This document shows, one piece after another, positions 36,601-48,674 of a DNA stretch of 64,000 nucleotides. The first letter of the stretch is position 1. The number at the start of each line of letters is the position of its first letter. The translations under genes were made by a program, and so were the position numbers. Origin of the DNA: Laetmonice hystrix (lineage: Eukaryota); assembly GCA_965235115.1 (NCBI GenBank), contig OZ249452.1, positions 16,120,001 through 16,184,000 on the forward strand. The letters are read 5' to 3'. The notes beneath the pieces are model-generated. The model was not told the DNA's origin. It did no database searches and saw only the letters and a list, made by a program, of their open reading frames with translations.

Positions 36601-38182
36601 CCTCTGCCTTTCGTACGAGTAGGTGCTAAACGCCCATAATTCGCACTTCCTCTCAAATTCCTTAGACATATTGGAAGCCAAGATGGGAATTATAACAAAG
36701 TTCTGGCAGGCAATATGTGAGATATGCCATTTACAGTCATAAGTTTGTCTGCAAACTGTAAACTGCAAACGCAGAACTCACCTCTCAGTGCGTTCAATGT
36801 ATACGTTGTTCAGCAGTGTTCATCGTTGTTCAGTGTAAAAGAGATGAAAAGTGTTTTCTCGTGTTCTCTCGTGACCCACGTGCACATCCTATTCCATTAC
36901 AAATATTACCAACTCCTTTCACTTTGAGTAAGCTGCTGACTTCATTGGGATTTCACCCCTTGATGGGCTTATAGATAAATACGCAAAGGTACATAAGTCA
37001 TAAACAGGTAGTTGAACAAATATAGTGGAAAGGAACACAGGTTTGTGCACTCTGTTTGAAATATTAATTAAGGGTTTAATGATTTTCCTGACAATATACT
37101 TACTGTAACAGTAATCTTATTGTGACAATAGAGATCGAGATGTTTTTTACATACGACATACGTGATTGCCTTCCCATCTAATTATGCCTGTGAAAGCTGA
37201 ACACGTTATAAAACACAACACTGATTTCAAAGTCATTGTTCATGCAGCAGTGCTGATAGTACCACATTGTTGATTTTCTTTCTGATTTTATCCTCTGACA
37301 GACTCTGATATCCCCAAAGAAATGGCCCCGCGCCCACCGCGTAACCTTCAGCCGACCTTCACTGATGTGGGGGGAGTTAATGCCAGCACCATGCCAGATC
37401 TAAACGCCATGTGTCCGACAGACAATGAATCATTATATTCAGAACTCCCTTCCCAGCGGAAAACTATCAAGAAAAAGACGGAAATAAGGAAACAGGAAAT
37501 GGAAAATACCCATCGAACAGATGACGCCCCTCCACCTCTGCCTCCGCGCAATTACAGTGTATCTTCTCTGGAAAGATTAGACGAAAGTTCCTCTCCAAAT
37601 GATTTTAGTAAACCGCTTGGTGTGTTGAACTACGAAGACGACACGGATGGAATTTACGACACAATTGACTTCCAGACAGGGGACGCCCCCGGATGTAATT
37701 CACAGGTCACGGAAGGTTCGAGATCAGCGCCACCTATCGACGACTTACCACTTCCGGTATCCGCGTCCTTGGATGAGGTCCCTGATGGCGTCCTAGGGCC
37801 CACTGGTCACAAGATAGACCTTCCAACTCGTAGTCAATCGAAGAGCAATCTTCTTGACGTATTTTCTAAATTGGTGTCTCACTCATCCGACAGCGAGGCT
37901 AACGCAGGAAGCGAAACCGAGGCTAAAAATAAAAAATCAAAGAAGAAGTCGGACAAGTTGCCGATGACTTTAGTAAACCCGCTCTATGATTTCCAGGCAG
38001 ACGGTGCGTCAGACAGCAGTGTAGATATAATTCAAATTGGAGACGAGATTGAAAGTAAGGAAACGCCGCTGACGCCTGCCGAACGGGACGCCGGGAACGC
38101 TGATGACACATCCGTTGATGAAAACGAGGCTGTTGCGTACAACATGTTGGTGCAGCATCCACAGCAGGGTGACGAGACGTAA
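30674..38182 (+). CDS. Single-pass membrane protein with two tandem AbfB/CBM42 domains and a long NPxY/YxxL cytoplasmic tail, ~895 aa as modelled
   Basis: In-phase exons 31395-31805, 32589-32778, 33274-33351, 33653-33792, 34587-34637, 34902-35804, 37302-38182; candidate first exon 30674-30707 (low confidence). AbfB motifs PGLTNQSGSLSIES..PNYFLR..FDSDATF and PGLTGQEGSVSLE..PGVYLRH..FDQDATF..VSFESANMPGHFLRHQN..FRKDSSF; TM AAAGVSIGTIVVALTFMAVLI; FDNPSY, FLNPLY, LVNPLY. Confidence 0.8.
31070..31220. other. Assembly gap (N run)
   Basis: 151 N bases. Confidence 1.
33002..33161. mobile_element. Short inverted-repeat element with G-rich core (intronic)
   Basis: CATGCTAACAT / ATGTTAGCAT inverted ends; core GTTAAAGTTAGGGCCAGGGATAAG. 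Confidence 0.5.
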
Positions 38183-38326
38183 AACTAAATGTCGCTTCTT
38201 TTATCTTATCATGCATTGGGGAGATTCCCAGGCAAGACATACACTTAGAGTCTAATTATCCCTGCAAGCAACTATTCTCTACAAATGCTAGCCTATATCC
38301 AATTAATACGCTCTCGTAGCATTTTC

Positions 38327-38489
38327 CAGTGGCGGATCCAGGATTTTATTTTGGAGGGGGGGGGGGCGGGGCGGCACAGCTGTGTGGGTGGATGGGCAAG
38401 GGTTAACTCAACTCATTACTTAGTATGGATGGACGATGCTTTTGAAAAATTTCGGGGACCCTGTACCCCCTTCCCTTTATCCTCCACTG
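38327..38489. mobile_element. Decayed MITE, CAGTGGCGGATCC family
   Basis: CAGTGGCGGATCCAGG ... TTATCCTCCACTG; no TSD visible. Confidence 0.6.
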
Positions 38490-38734
38490 GTTTAATAGAA
38501 TATACATACCGGATTTACTGAGGAATCTAATTTATTAAGGGCTAAGTACTTCTACTGAGCTAATCAAATTGGATCAGGTCGTAGTCTAAGCATAGCAAAG
38601 CGATATCCAAGGATCACTGCGGAGAATGCACCATGGTGCAGTGCATGACGGTCAGGTCAGACAGATCTCGCTTCCGGTGCATTGATTCAGTTTGTCTTCA
38701 GGTTCATAAAACATCCGGGACAATTTGTCCAAGG

Positions 38735-38845
38735 CCTGCCTGATTGGTCGTTCATAGTCTGATTGGTCGTCCAGGGCGTGCCTGATTGGTCGTTCGTAGC
38801 GTGTCTGATTGGTCGTCTAGGGCGTGCCTGATTGGTCGTTCCCCC
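38735..38845. repeat. Five-fold CTGATTGGTCGT (CCAAT-box-containing) tandem array
   Basis: ATTGG at 38743, 38762, 38785, 38808, 38831. Confidence 0.8.
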
Positions 38846-39991
38846 ATGGTAAATTTTTCACGAAATCGGTGTATCTCTAAGGGTAGACGGCTCAAGTCAG
38901 GAAATGGTCGTGACGTCACGAGTAAGAAAGAATATTAGGGCCGAAATGAGGGCATACATACATATGATTAGGTTTGGGGGTAGGAATATGAAAATATTTG
39001 TTAGTCCTACCCCAATTTTGTAGAGTGTTACCACGGGGTGTATTGCCTTAGGATGGTCGGGTGGGGGCGTTGGTGGGGTGTGTGGGTGTGGGCGTTGGTG
39101 GGGTGTGGGTGTGGGTGTGGGTGGGTGTTGCCATACCTTTGCTAGAATATCCCATAAATCATCAATATCATGATAAACTTGCCGATTAATTCCCTGTCCC
39201 AACATGAAGACTTCGACCCTCAGCCGTGTTACTGTCTCAGGATATTTTATTGCCAAACCAGAAAGCCATGCCTGACAAGATATGCAGCAATGGGGCCAGT
39301 GCAGCTTTTCCATGCTTGTACATAGGCATTTAGTGTCGCACCACGGATAGAGACAGCCAGATCTAATTATATCATGAATATCAATCCATAATATTCATTG
39401 TATAATTATACCTGGCAGGGCGGGGAGGGTTCAGAGAACCAGATAGGCCCTGTCCCCAATAATCGCGGATTTTCTATAGTTTTTCCGAACTCATATTCCA
39501 GCTCCGCCCTTGCCCCCAACTGAAAACTCCGGTCCTTGCCCCCCCCCCCCCCCCCCACCCTCCTCACCGCCCCTCGATCCTACCGCCAACAGAAACCAGC
39601 GTATCCGTGCCTGCACTTGAATACCTTTAGCTTGTCAGAATTATTTCTACTTCAAGAGATGAATCCGTCAAACACCCGTTCTCCGACCAACATCCACCAG
39701 TATTGTGTATCAAACACAAAATTCATTTGAAGATCCTTAAGACTGCACACCTGAAACACAATTGTTTCTTTTTTTGGCTTACGGCACATTTCCTTTAAAT
39801 GACGAAGCGTGATGTTCACAATGGATGTGGAAGGGGACTTCAGTACCTTCTTTTACTTCGTGGCGTCAAACGGATTGACGCTTACAGGCGTCTTTGTGGC
39901 GCCTTCGATTTTTCTGTTTCAAGGGGATTTTTTTTATCAAGACATGGAGGCTTCTAGTTGGGTAAGAATAGTCGTTGTTGGTGTTCTATCT

Positions 39992-39993
<2 letters not shown>

Positions 39994-40046
<53 letters not shown>

Positions 40047-40075
40047 GTCTCTCTCTATCTCTCTCTCTTTCTCTC
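39994..40075. repeat. (CT)n microsatellite
   Basis: Direct reading. Confidence 0.97.
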
Positions 40076-40078
40076 AAC

Positions 40079-40802
40079 GGGTGTTGTCTCGATCATCTCT
40101 CAGAGTGACACGGCGCTCGCAGTGAATGATATACAGTTTATGTATAGTGATACCGGGTGGGTGTTGTCTCGATCATCTCTCAGAGTGACACGGCGCTCGC
40201 AGTGAATGATATACAGTTTATGTATAGTGATACCGGGTATTGTCTCGATCATCTCTCAGAGTGACACGACGCTCGCAGTGAATGATATACAGTTTATGTA
40301 TAGTGATACCGGGTGTTGTCCCGATCATCTCTCAGAGTGACACGGCGCTCGCAGTGAATGATATACAGTTTATGTATAGTGATACCGGGTGTTGTCTCGA
40401 TCATCTCTCAGAGTGACACGGCGCTCGTAGTGAATGATATACAGTTTATGTATAGTGATACCGGGTGTTGTCTCGATCATCTGTCAGAGTGACACGGCGC
40501 TCGCAGTGAATGATATACAGTTTATGTATAGTGATACCGGGTGTTGTCTCGATCATCTCTCAGAGTGACACGGCGCTCGCAGTGAATGATATACAGTTTA
40601 TGTATAGTGATACCGGGTGTTGTCTCGATCATCTCTCGGAGTGACACGGCGCTCGCAGTGAATGATATACAGTTTATGTATAGTGATACCGGGTGTTGTC
40701 TCGATCATCTCGCAGAGTGACACGGCGCTCGCAGTGAATGATATACAGTTTATGTATAGTGATATACCGGGTGTTGTCTCGATCATCTCTCAGAGTGACA
40801 CG
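40079..40802. repeat. 76-bp minisatellite, ~9.5 copies
   Basis: GGGTGTTGTCTCGATCATCTCTCAGAGTGACACGGCGCTCGCAGTGAATGATATACAGTTTATGTATAGTGATACC; unit starts at 40311 and 40387. Confidence 0.95.
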
Positions 40803-42233
40803 AGGTCTCCATATCAGGTACTTCCTGATATTTCAGTCCGAACTCGGGGCTGAAAATGATCGCGAAATATCTCTACGTGTATCCTTGATGGCATAGAACA
40901 ATTATCGGAAAGGTCAAAGACATGGCGTCCTTGTGGAGATAGAGAACGAGATACAGGGAGAGATAACGAATTGAGAAACTCTTACAAGTGACACCACATA
41001 CAGATCCACTGATACCAAGCCAGCTATCAGATGACACATGTAGGCCCGCGAACAGCGCAGTCTCCGTGAGGGGCCGGGTCGTGGAGGAGGGCCACACCTT
41101 CAGGTATAACCCCCCACATGGCGCCATTCTGACTCCCAGGGGGGACATGGCATCACATCGAGAGACCTGGTATTTAATGACTCTTCCCTACATTGGGCGC
41201 TCTTCTTAAACCTTACGTCTCAACCTTTGTTGTATTATAATCATAGACTTCTACGGTTAACAATATGATATGAACAGGCCAAAGGTATACACCGAGAATA
41301 CAATAAATACTAAACATAGCGCCCCCCCCGGTGGCAAGCTTGCCAAGGAGGAGACAGCCAGGGTGGCGGGGTTGGGGGGGGGGGGTCGCCATAATTTGCA
41401 CAGTGACACTGCGATGCATGCATATTGATCTTGTATTGTGTCGCTGCCTTAGTACGCTAATGGCTCAGGTCAAGTCGTTTGACAGCGTCTGTATCTCCAT
41501 GGTAGGCTAACAGATCCGTGAAATTTGGTGATTAGAACAAAAATATATAGATTATAGAAACTCTAGAATCTACCCCCACGCCCTAACTCCCGATCCTCAC
41601 CCCCCCCCCCCATCCCCCAATCCTAACCCTAACCCTGACTCCAATTACCGGCATGGAATGCCATGATACATAGACTCTATGTAGGAATATTGGCAGATTT
41701 TCTTTGTCTTAATATGTTGCCGGGATGGTAAATGAATCCTACCACATCCCGTCGACTTGATTAGTGCTAACGCGGCCTCATAACTTTATGATTTTATATC
41801 CCTGATCGAAAACAAAAGCAGACGGTCTTTTGTTTTTGAAGTAAAACGTTTCTGTGACGTAATACAACGTTTCTGTGACGTGTTTAGTTCAGGTTACCCT
41901 TTGGTACTGGAACCCGCTATAGGGCTGGACAGTTCTCGTGACCGGAGTGACCCGCAGAGGTCAAAGAGAACTGACCTAATTCTTAGATTTGTAATTCTGT
42001 CCAATCACGCACACTCAAAGGTCAAGGGATTGATCCTTCTAATCTACACAACCCCTGGCGTATTTTTAATCAATTGTGTCGATTGAATTACTAGCCCCTC
42101 CCTCCCCTGCATCAGAGCAGCTTACTCTAGTTCGGTTAGATACCGCCAGGAGAAGTGTTTCCAATAGTCACCACCTGGGGGCGTACTTAAAGGAACGCCC
42201 GTCTAAAGAGAGTTGTCGGCACGAGTTGCCAAA

Positions 42234-42335
42234 TGGCCGTGACGTCACTAAATAAGCTAATAATATTGAGTATAAAGATGAGGGCTAGGGTTAGGATTAG
42301 CATCTTTTATAGCTCATTCTATGACGTCACGGCCA
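42234..42335. mobile_element. Short inverted-repeat element with TTAGG-like core
   Basis: TGGCCGTGACGTCA / TGACGTCACGGCCA perfect 14-bp inverted ends; core AGGGCTAGGGTTAGGATTAG. Confidence 0.5.
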
Positions 42336-42709
42336 CTCGGAGACTTGAGCTGAGTTTGTTTGTAAAGTACGTGCGAATGTGACGTTATTGTTTCGTTTTT
42401 GGAGTTCCAAGGGTGAGACTGCATGATAATAACCATATTGGTGATCTAAGCGGTAAGCCCCCAAGCCACACATACGATACCTGCTCAGGATCTGATATTG
42501 CTGGTAGGCCTAATTATGACGTCAGGTTGGTAATTATATATAGTATATGATGTCGTCGCATAAGATTGTGCAGTGTTGGAGTCGTAAATATTTTCAGATT
42601 TGCAAACGTCTTTAGAAACGACTTTCAAACTTTATTTCGTGAAAACATGGACGGCATGGATAAACACAAAACTGAAATCCAATACAGTGAACCAGGATTT
42701 TTGCTGTCA

Positions 42710-43960
42710 TCAACAAAATTGTTTTTTAGGTTCAGATGTAATTACATCAACTTTCAGCGAGTTGTATTTGGATTTCACTTCTTCCAGTAACGTGCTTTGA
42801 AGATTTCTACAGAAATCTTTGTCAATGTTGAACTCATTGTGCCAGGAACTTGGAGGAACTGTCAGAGTGCTGACGGACCGTAGACGGTCACCTTTCATTG
42901 CATCACAAAAACTGTTCACATCCTTGTTCACCTTCCTGAAGTGGCGAACCTCCTGATAGAAATTTAATCCTTGAGCTTGGACTTTCTTCCAGAAAATACG
43001 GATGAAGCGGTCATACAAGGCATAGTCCACATTGCTCCATTTTTTGTAAATTTTAATATTTTTGGCGTCACGTTCCTTTTGCTGTTTTGAGCGTTCACTG
43101 ATTTCAATGTAGGATCCGGCGTTTCGTTTTTTGTACAAAATGTCTGTTATATTCCAACACATGTATCTCTTCAGTAGCACCATGGATTCATCAAAATGTT
43201 CCACAATCATCACGAGTTTGAATCTTGATTCAATGGAGGCGAGAAAAGACTGTACCGACTTCCTGTCACGCGACAGATCGCGTGATCCGTCGGGATTTCC
43301 CGTCGGAAACCCGAGATTGAAGGCCATTAAATTTCGACTCATACTGTACCCATCGGGGATACAATACCTTGTTTTCGCTACCTCGACTGATTTGTAAATC
43401 CTTTCATATTCCTTTAAATTACGAAGATATTCCGACACCTGGTCTACTTCAGTGGTGTCCATTTTGGAGTTTAAAGCCAGCTTATAATAGTGAAACATGG
43501 ATTTGAACTGGCTGTATGGTTCTCGTATACTTGTAACATAAACTGTGTCATTTGGCATGATATTCTCCATGATATTTCTGTTATAGATCGCGTGGTCGAC
43601 TAGAAGGTTGAATCCACCAGTTTTAGACGGCCTATAGAACGTCAGGTCAATATCATATGGCCAACCGAGGTATATACGTTTATCCACTGGAAGTACAAAC
43701 GATAAATTTCTTGAATATCCAAACCGCCGAAAAACGGAGGCTAGCGTTTCACTGGCACATTTTATCATTTTAATGTAAACCATGTTGGTTTTCGGTCTTG
43801 GGCACCTCTTGGTGTCATTGTGGTGCTCACTGGTATCCAGCCTACTTTGGACGACGAGGTACATCACGAAAACTAGGCCGAACAACAACAAAATGTTTCT
43901 TCTCCTTCTTCGACCACGAATTAGAAGTGACCCCAAAGGGGGGCATCGTTGATACGTCAT
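42710..43960 (-). CDS. Galactose-3-O-sulfotransferase (GAL3ST family)-like type II Golgi membrane protein, 416 aa, single coding exon
   Basis: Basic tail RRRRR, TM ILLLFGLVFVMYLVV, 5'-PSB YIKMIKCASET, FNLLVDHAIY, 3'-PB TSIREPYSQFKSMFHYY, LVMIVEHFDESMVLLKRYMCW, VDYALYDRF. 5'-UTR intron acceptor near 44013 and probable upstream donor near 45478. Confidence 0.9.
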   Translation of the reverse strand: MTYQRCPPLGSLLIRGRRRRRNILLLFGLVFVMYLVVQSRLDTSEHHNDTKRCPRPKTNMVYIKMIKCASETLASVFRRFGYSRNLSFVLPVDKRIYLGWPYDIDLTFYRPSKTGGFNLLVDHAIYNRNIMENIMPNDTVYVTSIREPYSQFKSMFHYYKLALNSKMDTTEVDQVSEYLRNLKEYERIYKSVEVAKTRYCIPDGYSMSRNLMAFNLGFPTGNPDGSRDLSRDRKSVQSFLASIESRFKLVMIVEHFDESMVLLKRYMCWNITDILYKKRNAGSYIEISERSKQQKERDAKNIKIYKKWSNVDYALYDRFIRIFWKKVQAQGLNFYQEVRHFRKVNKDVNSFCDAMKGDRLRSVSTLTVPPSSWHNEFNIDKDFCRNLQSTLLEEVKSKYNSLKVDVITSEPKKQFC

Positions 43961-44135
43961 ACTGCTGGCTTTGTGACGTCAGCAGCGCCTTGATTTCTAT
44001 TGATAGGCCTACCTGAAAAAAAGAAGAAAATACTTTTGGAGCAACATTTATGAGACTTATGGGGCTATGTCTCAGTGCAGATTATGGAGATTGTAGACAT
44101 AGGTCATTCAATAGGCAGACTGAACCTTTATTTAA

Positions 44136-44277
44136 AGCGACAGTCTCGTCCTTCAGTACTGTGCGATAGGCTGGCCATCCTAACGGTCAATGTGCTATTT
44201 ATAGACGTGTATAAATAGCACATCGACCGTTAGGATGGCCAGCCTATCGCACAATGCTGAAGGAAGACACTGTCGCT
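44136..44277. mobile_element. 142-bp near-perfect hairpin MITE with TTAA target duplication
   Basis: ~68-bp arms with a 6-nt loop; TTAA at 44132-44135 and 44278-44281; termini AG...CT (Kolobok-like). Confidence 0.85.
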
Positions 44278-45853
44278 TTAACTCCTCAGCTGGTAGGCCT
44301 ATAGGCCTACTGCTATAGGTCTACCGTTGGTGTGAGTTTCAGTGGGTCATTATGGGTCTGAATTGCACCAGGTAGGCTGCTAGTATAGGCTATAGCCAGA
44401 CTTCACATCCCGGAGCCATGGGACGCAGCAAACCTCTTTGAACTCAAGATTTCTGATCTAACCCAGTCACAGCGCCATCTACTGGGTACTGACATTCCAA
44501 CTTTCAGAATCCACCGGAAGTACCGGCATCTGATTGGTCAGAGAGAGAGACAGCCGTGGTTTTGTCCAGTAGTTGTAGGCCTACCAAGGGCTCGGGGCGG
44601 TAATGTAGTGTAAACTGGAATGTAGGCTACTAAATGTAGGCCTAAAGCCTCCCTTAGGCCTACTTTGTGTTTAGTGCATAGGCCCAATATAGGTGTACTA
44701 GCTACTTACTAGTTAATCGTAGGCCCAGGAATACGACCTACAACTAACCCTGAAAACAATTGTTAACAGAAGCTGTAGGTGTGGTCACCGTCCAGTTCGA
44801 AATGTAGGCCAAGTAGGCCCAGGCTATAGAATCCAGCCTTTGTTATAGGTGTAACTAGGGCAGTATAAGATCGATCAAGATCTAGTGCTGGTACCATACA
44901 TTGATAATGACGCCAGTATATTATAGACTCTAGGTCTATAGCTAGTCCCAGCCTGGTTCGTTCGCTTACGGCAGATCTATGGATTAGCTAACTCTTCGAT
45001 TTGAGCATGCATAGGCCTACGTAGACTTGCCCGCCCCCGTTTTGTGTACCTATTCAGACCCCGTGGCAAAGATATTTTTACAAGTGATATCCTACTCCTT
45101 TTGTCCTAGTGTGTTTCCATTTCAGGTCCAAGCCGACACGTGATAGGCCCCGATATTAAACCGGACATCGCATGACCCCCCCCCCCCCCCCCCCCACTCT
45201 AGCTGGGCCTAAAATAATGAGGTTAGATCTAGTCTCAAGCAAGTCTGCATAGGTTCTACGTGTTATTACAAACCACATAGAGTCTAGATATATAATAGGT
45301 GCTTACCTAAACCTTAAAGACCTAAAATAGGCCTAATGGTCTGTTGCGATAGACTCCATAATGCTAGGGCTCGGCCTCGCTAGCTCTCTCTGAACTGTTT
45401 ATCTGTAATATTAACTGTAGGCCTGTTCTATATCACCTCGCTGTCTCTGACGTATCCACAGTTAGACTATACCGTACCTGAACCGTGTCAGCTTTCACAC
45501 CACGAGGATTCCAGAACCATGTTTATGTCACGTGGTTTCCACCCTGGCCGCAGACGACAGATCGAGTTATCACCCAAGCGCAGCCGACGTATGGGCCTAG
45601 GCCTCCGTGGTGTGGTTGTGTGTGAGGGGGGGGGGATCAATAATGTTTAATAAAACACTAAACATAGTACTGCGTCTAAACATGCGCCAGCTGTTAAAAT
45701 CCTGCTTACATTTGGCTGTAGTGCGCATGTCCTAACCAGAAACACCAGCTTCAAAATATTTACCGAGTTTGCACAGCAACCACAGTGTCGGCTGAGACCG
45801 CGTGTTGATTGTTGGGCAATTTATATTGAAACCAAAGGTGGGCATTTTTTTGT

Positions 45854-45923
45854 AGAAGAAGAAGAAGCAGGAGCAAAAGAAGAAGTTCTAAGCAGAAGAA
45901 GAAGAAGAAGAAGAAGAAGAAGA
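45854..45923. repeat. Interrupted (GAA)n microsatellite
   Basis: Direct reading. Confidence 0.9.
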
Positions 45924-48182
45924 ACTACTATAGTCCAACGTCTGCTGTCCGCAGGGATCTCCCCGACTTAAGGCGGGAAGCCACACCCTTGACGGATGTC
46001 GATCGGAACTCGGCACTTTTCAATTGGTCACATTGATCCTATTGACTGAAGTCTAACTGACATCATTTTAGTCAGTCGGACAGGTCAGGGTGTGGGGCAG
46101 TCCCGTGATGACCCTGTGACTTTATTGATCCAGCCGCATGGTAAGGCCTGTCTAAGGCGGATCCTCAATAGCACAAGGGTGAAAATTGTCAGGTCCCTCC
46201 GCGAGCGGAGCCATGAGTGGCTTCAATTTGAGAGTGCGTTAACATATGCAGGCACACGCTTTTAGACGAGAACGCATGCCTGTTGTGGAAGCGGTCGTAT
46301 TTTTGTGACGTTAGCAACAGAGCACGTGACATTGGGACTGCACCTGTCGTATTACAAAGATAATCCTTTTTGTAGCCTGACGTCTGTTTGAACACTCTAA
46401 TACAGCCTGACTTTATGATCTCAAATTAGGCTCACTTTTAAAGGTCAATGTCCTTTCAGTTGTTTTTTTATGGGCAGAAGGCCGGCAGCTATTCCAATTA
46501 TATCTTATATTAGATTAGCCTCAACCTCTGATATCATTGAATGCATTAAGTTCTCTTTCAGCAGAGTGGAATTCATGTTCAATAGGCAGACAAAGATTTT
46601 AAATGTATAATTCAAGCCGGATCATTTTTTTTACAATGGCGAACTGCAGCCAGATTGTCCATAGGTATCTCTAGGCTCCTGCGACGTGCACAAAATAAAA
46701 AATAAAAATAGCAATATAGGAATATTCCCATCTAAAGAAAAGCTCACAATTACACAGGGGAACGTTTTGCAAACGTTTTATAGTTCGTATCTCTTGCGAT
46801 GATATTAACAAGGGTCTGGGAATATGATAACAATCCTGCCCTGACGGTGGTCACAAGCAGAATGCAGTAGGCCTACTCACTGTACAATGTACGGCACTCC
46901 CCCGTCACTCAATATTCACATGACGTCAATTTTTCTCATCAGTTTAACAGACATGTGATGTGCCATTTCTTTCGCAATTCCCATTTCTGAACAAAACAAG
47001 CAAAAAGAAGGAAATATTGTTATTACAACTTTTATTAGATTAGTCCACGCCGTCACACAAACAGACGGGTGGAAACGTACAAAAAGCGGCACTATTACTC
47101 TCAGGGATTCGGGATCTTAGAGAAGCGGTTATCCTCTAAACTGGTGGATTAAAAAAAACAACGTTAATCTTATCGGAACAACCAACCCCGCCCTTTCAGT
47201 GGAAGTCACATGACAACTATCAAAACGCGCTTGCGCCTTCGTTGCTAGGTTACTCCTACGGGCACCTCACGGGCACAGCGCCACCTATACGTCAATAATA
47301 TACGTACACATACACGCAACCTAATTAATTGGTTCTTGGCGCTAATTAAGCTTTGGCAATGCGAAACGTTGCTTCCATAGCGCCGACGTTGTCATTATCA
47401 ATTAGAGGCTATGTCCTCACGAGGGGCGTGTCTGTAGGGCCATATGACATCACAAACCCTCCCCGCCTTTCACTGCTACCCTACCCTTCCGCCTGTACTG
47501 TACCCTCTACTCAAACCGCCTGGCGGTTTCCTTGTCATAGCCGCTGTCTTCATGTGTCTGATGTGTCAAATGTGTCTGTAATTCGTTGGAAATAAAACCG
47601 TATAGTCATTTAACTACTGCGATATTGCAGGGATTGCATTTATCAGGAAGTATATACTCGTATACTTTCATATGGGAGAATACAGTATTACTGTGTAGAT
47701 GCCACGGCTGCTGTCTCTACTATACTGGAAGCGACTGTTGTTGTGTTTTTGCTGATGGTGATATTTGCAGACAATGAGACAGTATCGTTAATTATACCAT
47801 AGACAAGTAATACAGTCTGGATATAGTATGGTGTCTGAATATCTTGATAACATAGTCTCCGGAGACGTGAGCGTTTAAATCTGTTTGGAGGGAAGGTATG
47901 GGTATTACTGAAGGTGGGATCTCCGGGAGTATTAGAAAGTTCCAGACTTATTCTTAGAAACATGACTTGAAGCATACAAAAATAGGTAGCGTTTTTGTAT
48001 CCATGGTTACAGATGGTTACGGGGTTCCTCTATACCCACACCGTGTGACACATAATATCTGCACAACCGTAGTGTGCGTTGTATGTTTACTTTATGATTC
48101 CCTTTCTGTGTAGTGAACCTAAGATGCACTCATACTCGATCATACGTCATACGTCAAAATTCCTGCCCATTCTGACAACATA

Positions 48183-48405
48183 AAGCCGGGTTTCCATGCG
48201 TTTCCGTTATCCGTTTCCGTTATCCGTTTCCGTTTCGATCGTTTATGCCTATTTCCTGTGGAAGTGTTTCCATATGTACACAACATGGGAACGCGCCGAT
48301 AGGAAATAGGCATAAATAATCAGATAGTAAACGGATAACGGAAACGGATAACGGAAACGGATAACGGAAACGGATAACGGAAACCTATACATGGAAACTC
48401 GGCTT
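48183..48405. mobile_element. MITE with TA TSD and inverted subterminal (GGAAACGGATAAC)n arrays
   Basis: TIR AAGCCGGGTTTCCATG / CATGGAAACTCGGCTT; TA on both flanks. Confidence 0.85.
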
Positions 48406-48674
48406 TATACATTCATACAACCCAAGATATAAGTATCAGTAGCAGGGGTGAGTATCTTCACAATTGACATCAGATTCTGTAAATCATTTGATAATTAATT
48501 ACCTGCCACTCGTTATATAGAGATATAGATTTCGAGTCTATACAGCATTTACATTTACCATGTGTAGCTTTGTAAGTTAGGTGTCCTATTGTCTACAAGT
48601 AGAATACCAGGCGGTCGGGTTAGTCATTATTAGTGGTAGGTACTTCAGATAGACAGGGCAGAGTATTACCTCCT

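Noticed and set aside
43760-43790. His-to-Ile change in the sulfotransferase 5'-PSB (KMIK vs KTHK) as a sign of inactivity
   Set aside because: This position varies among Golgi sulfotransferases; both lysines, the downstream His (DHAIY) and the 3'-PB Arg/Ser are present.
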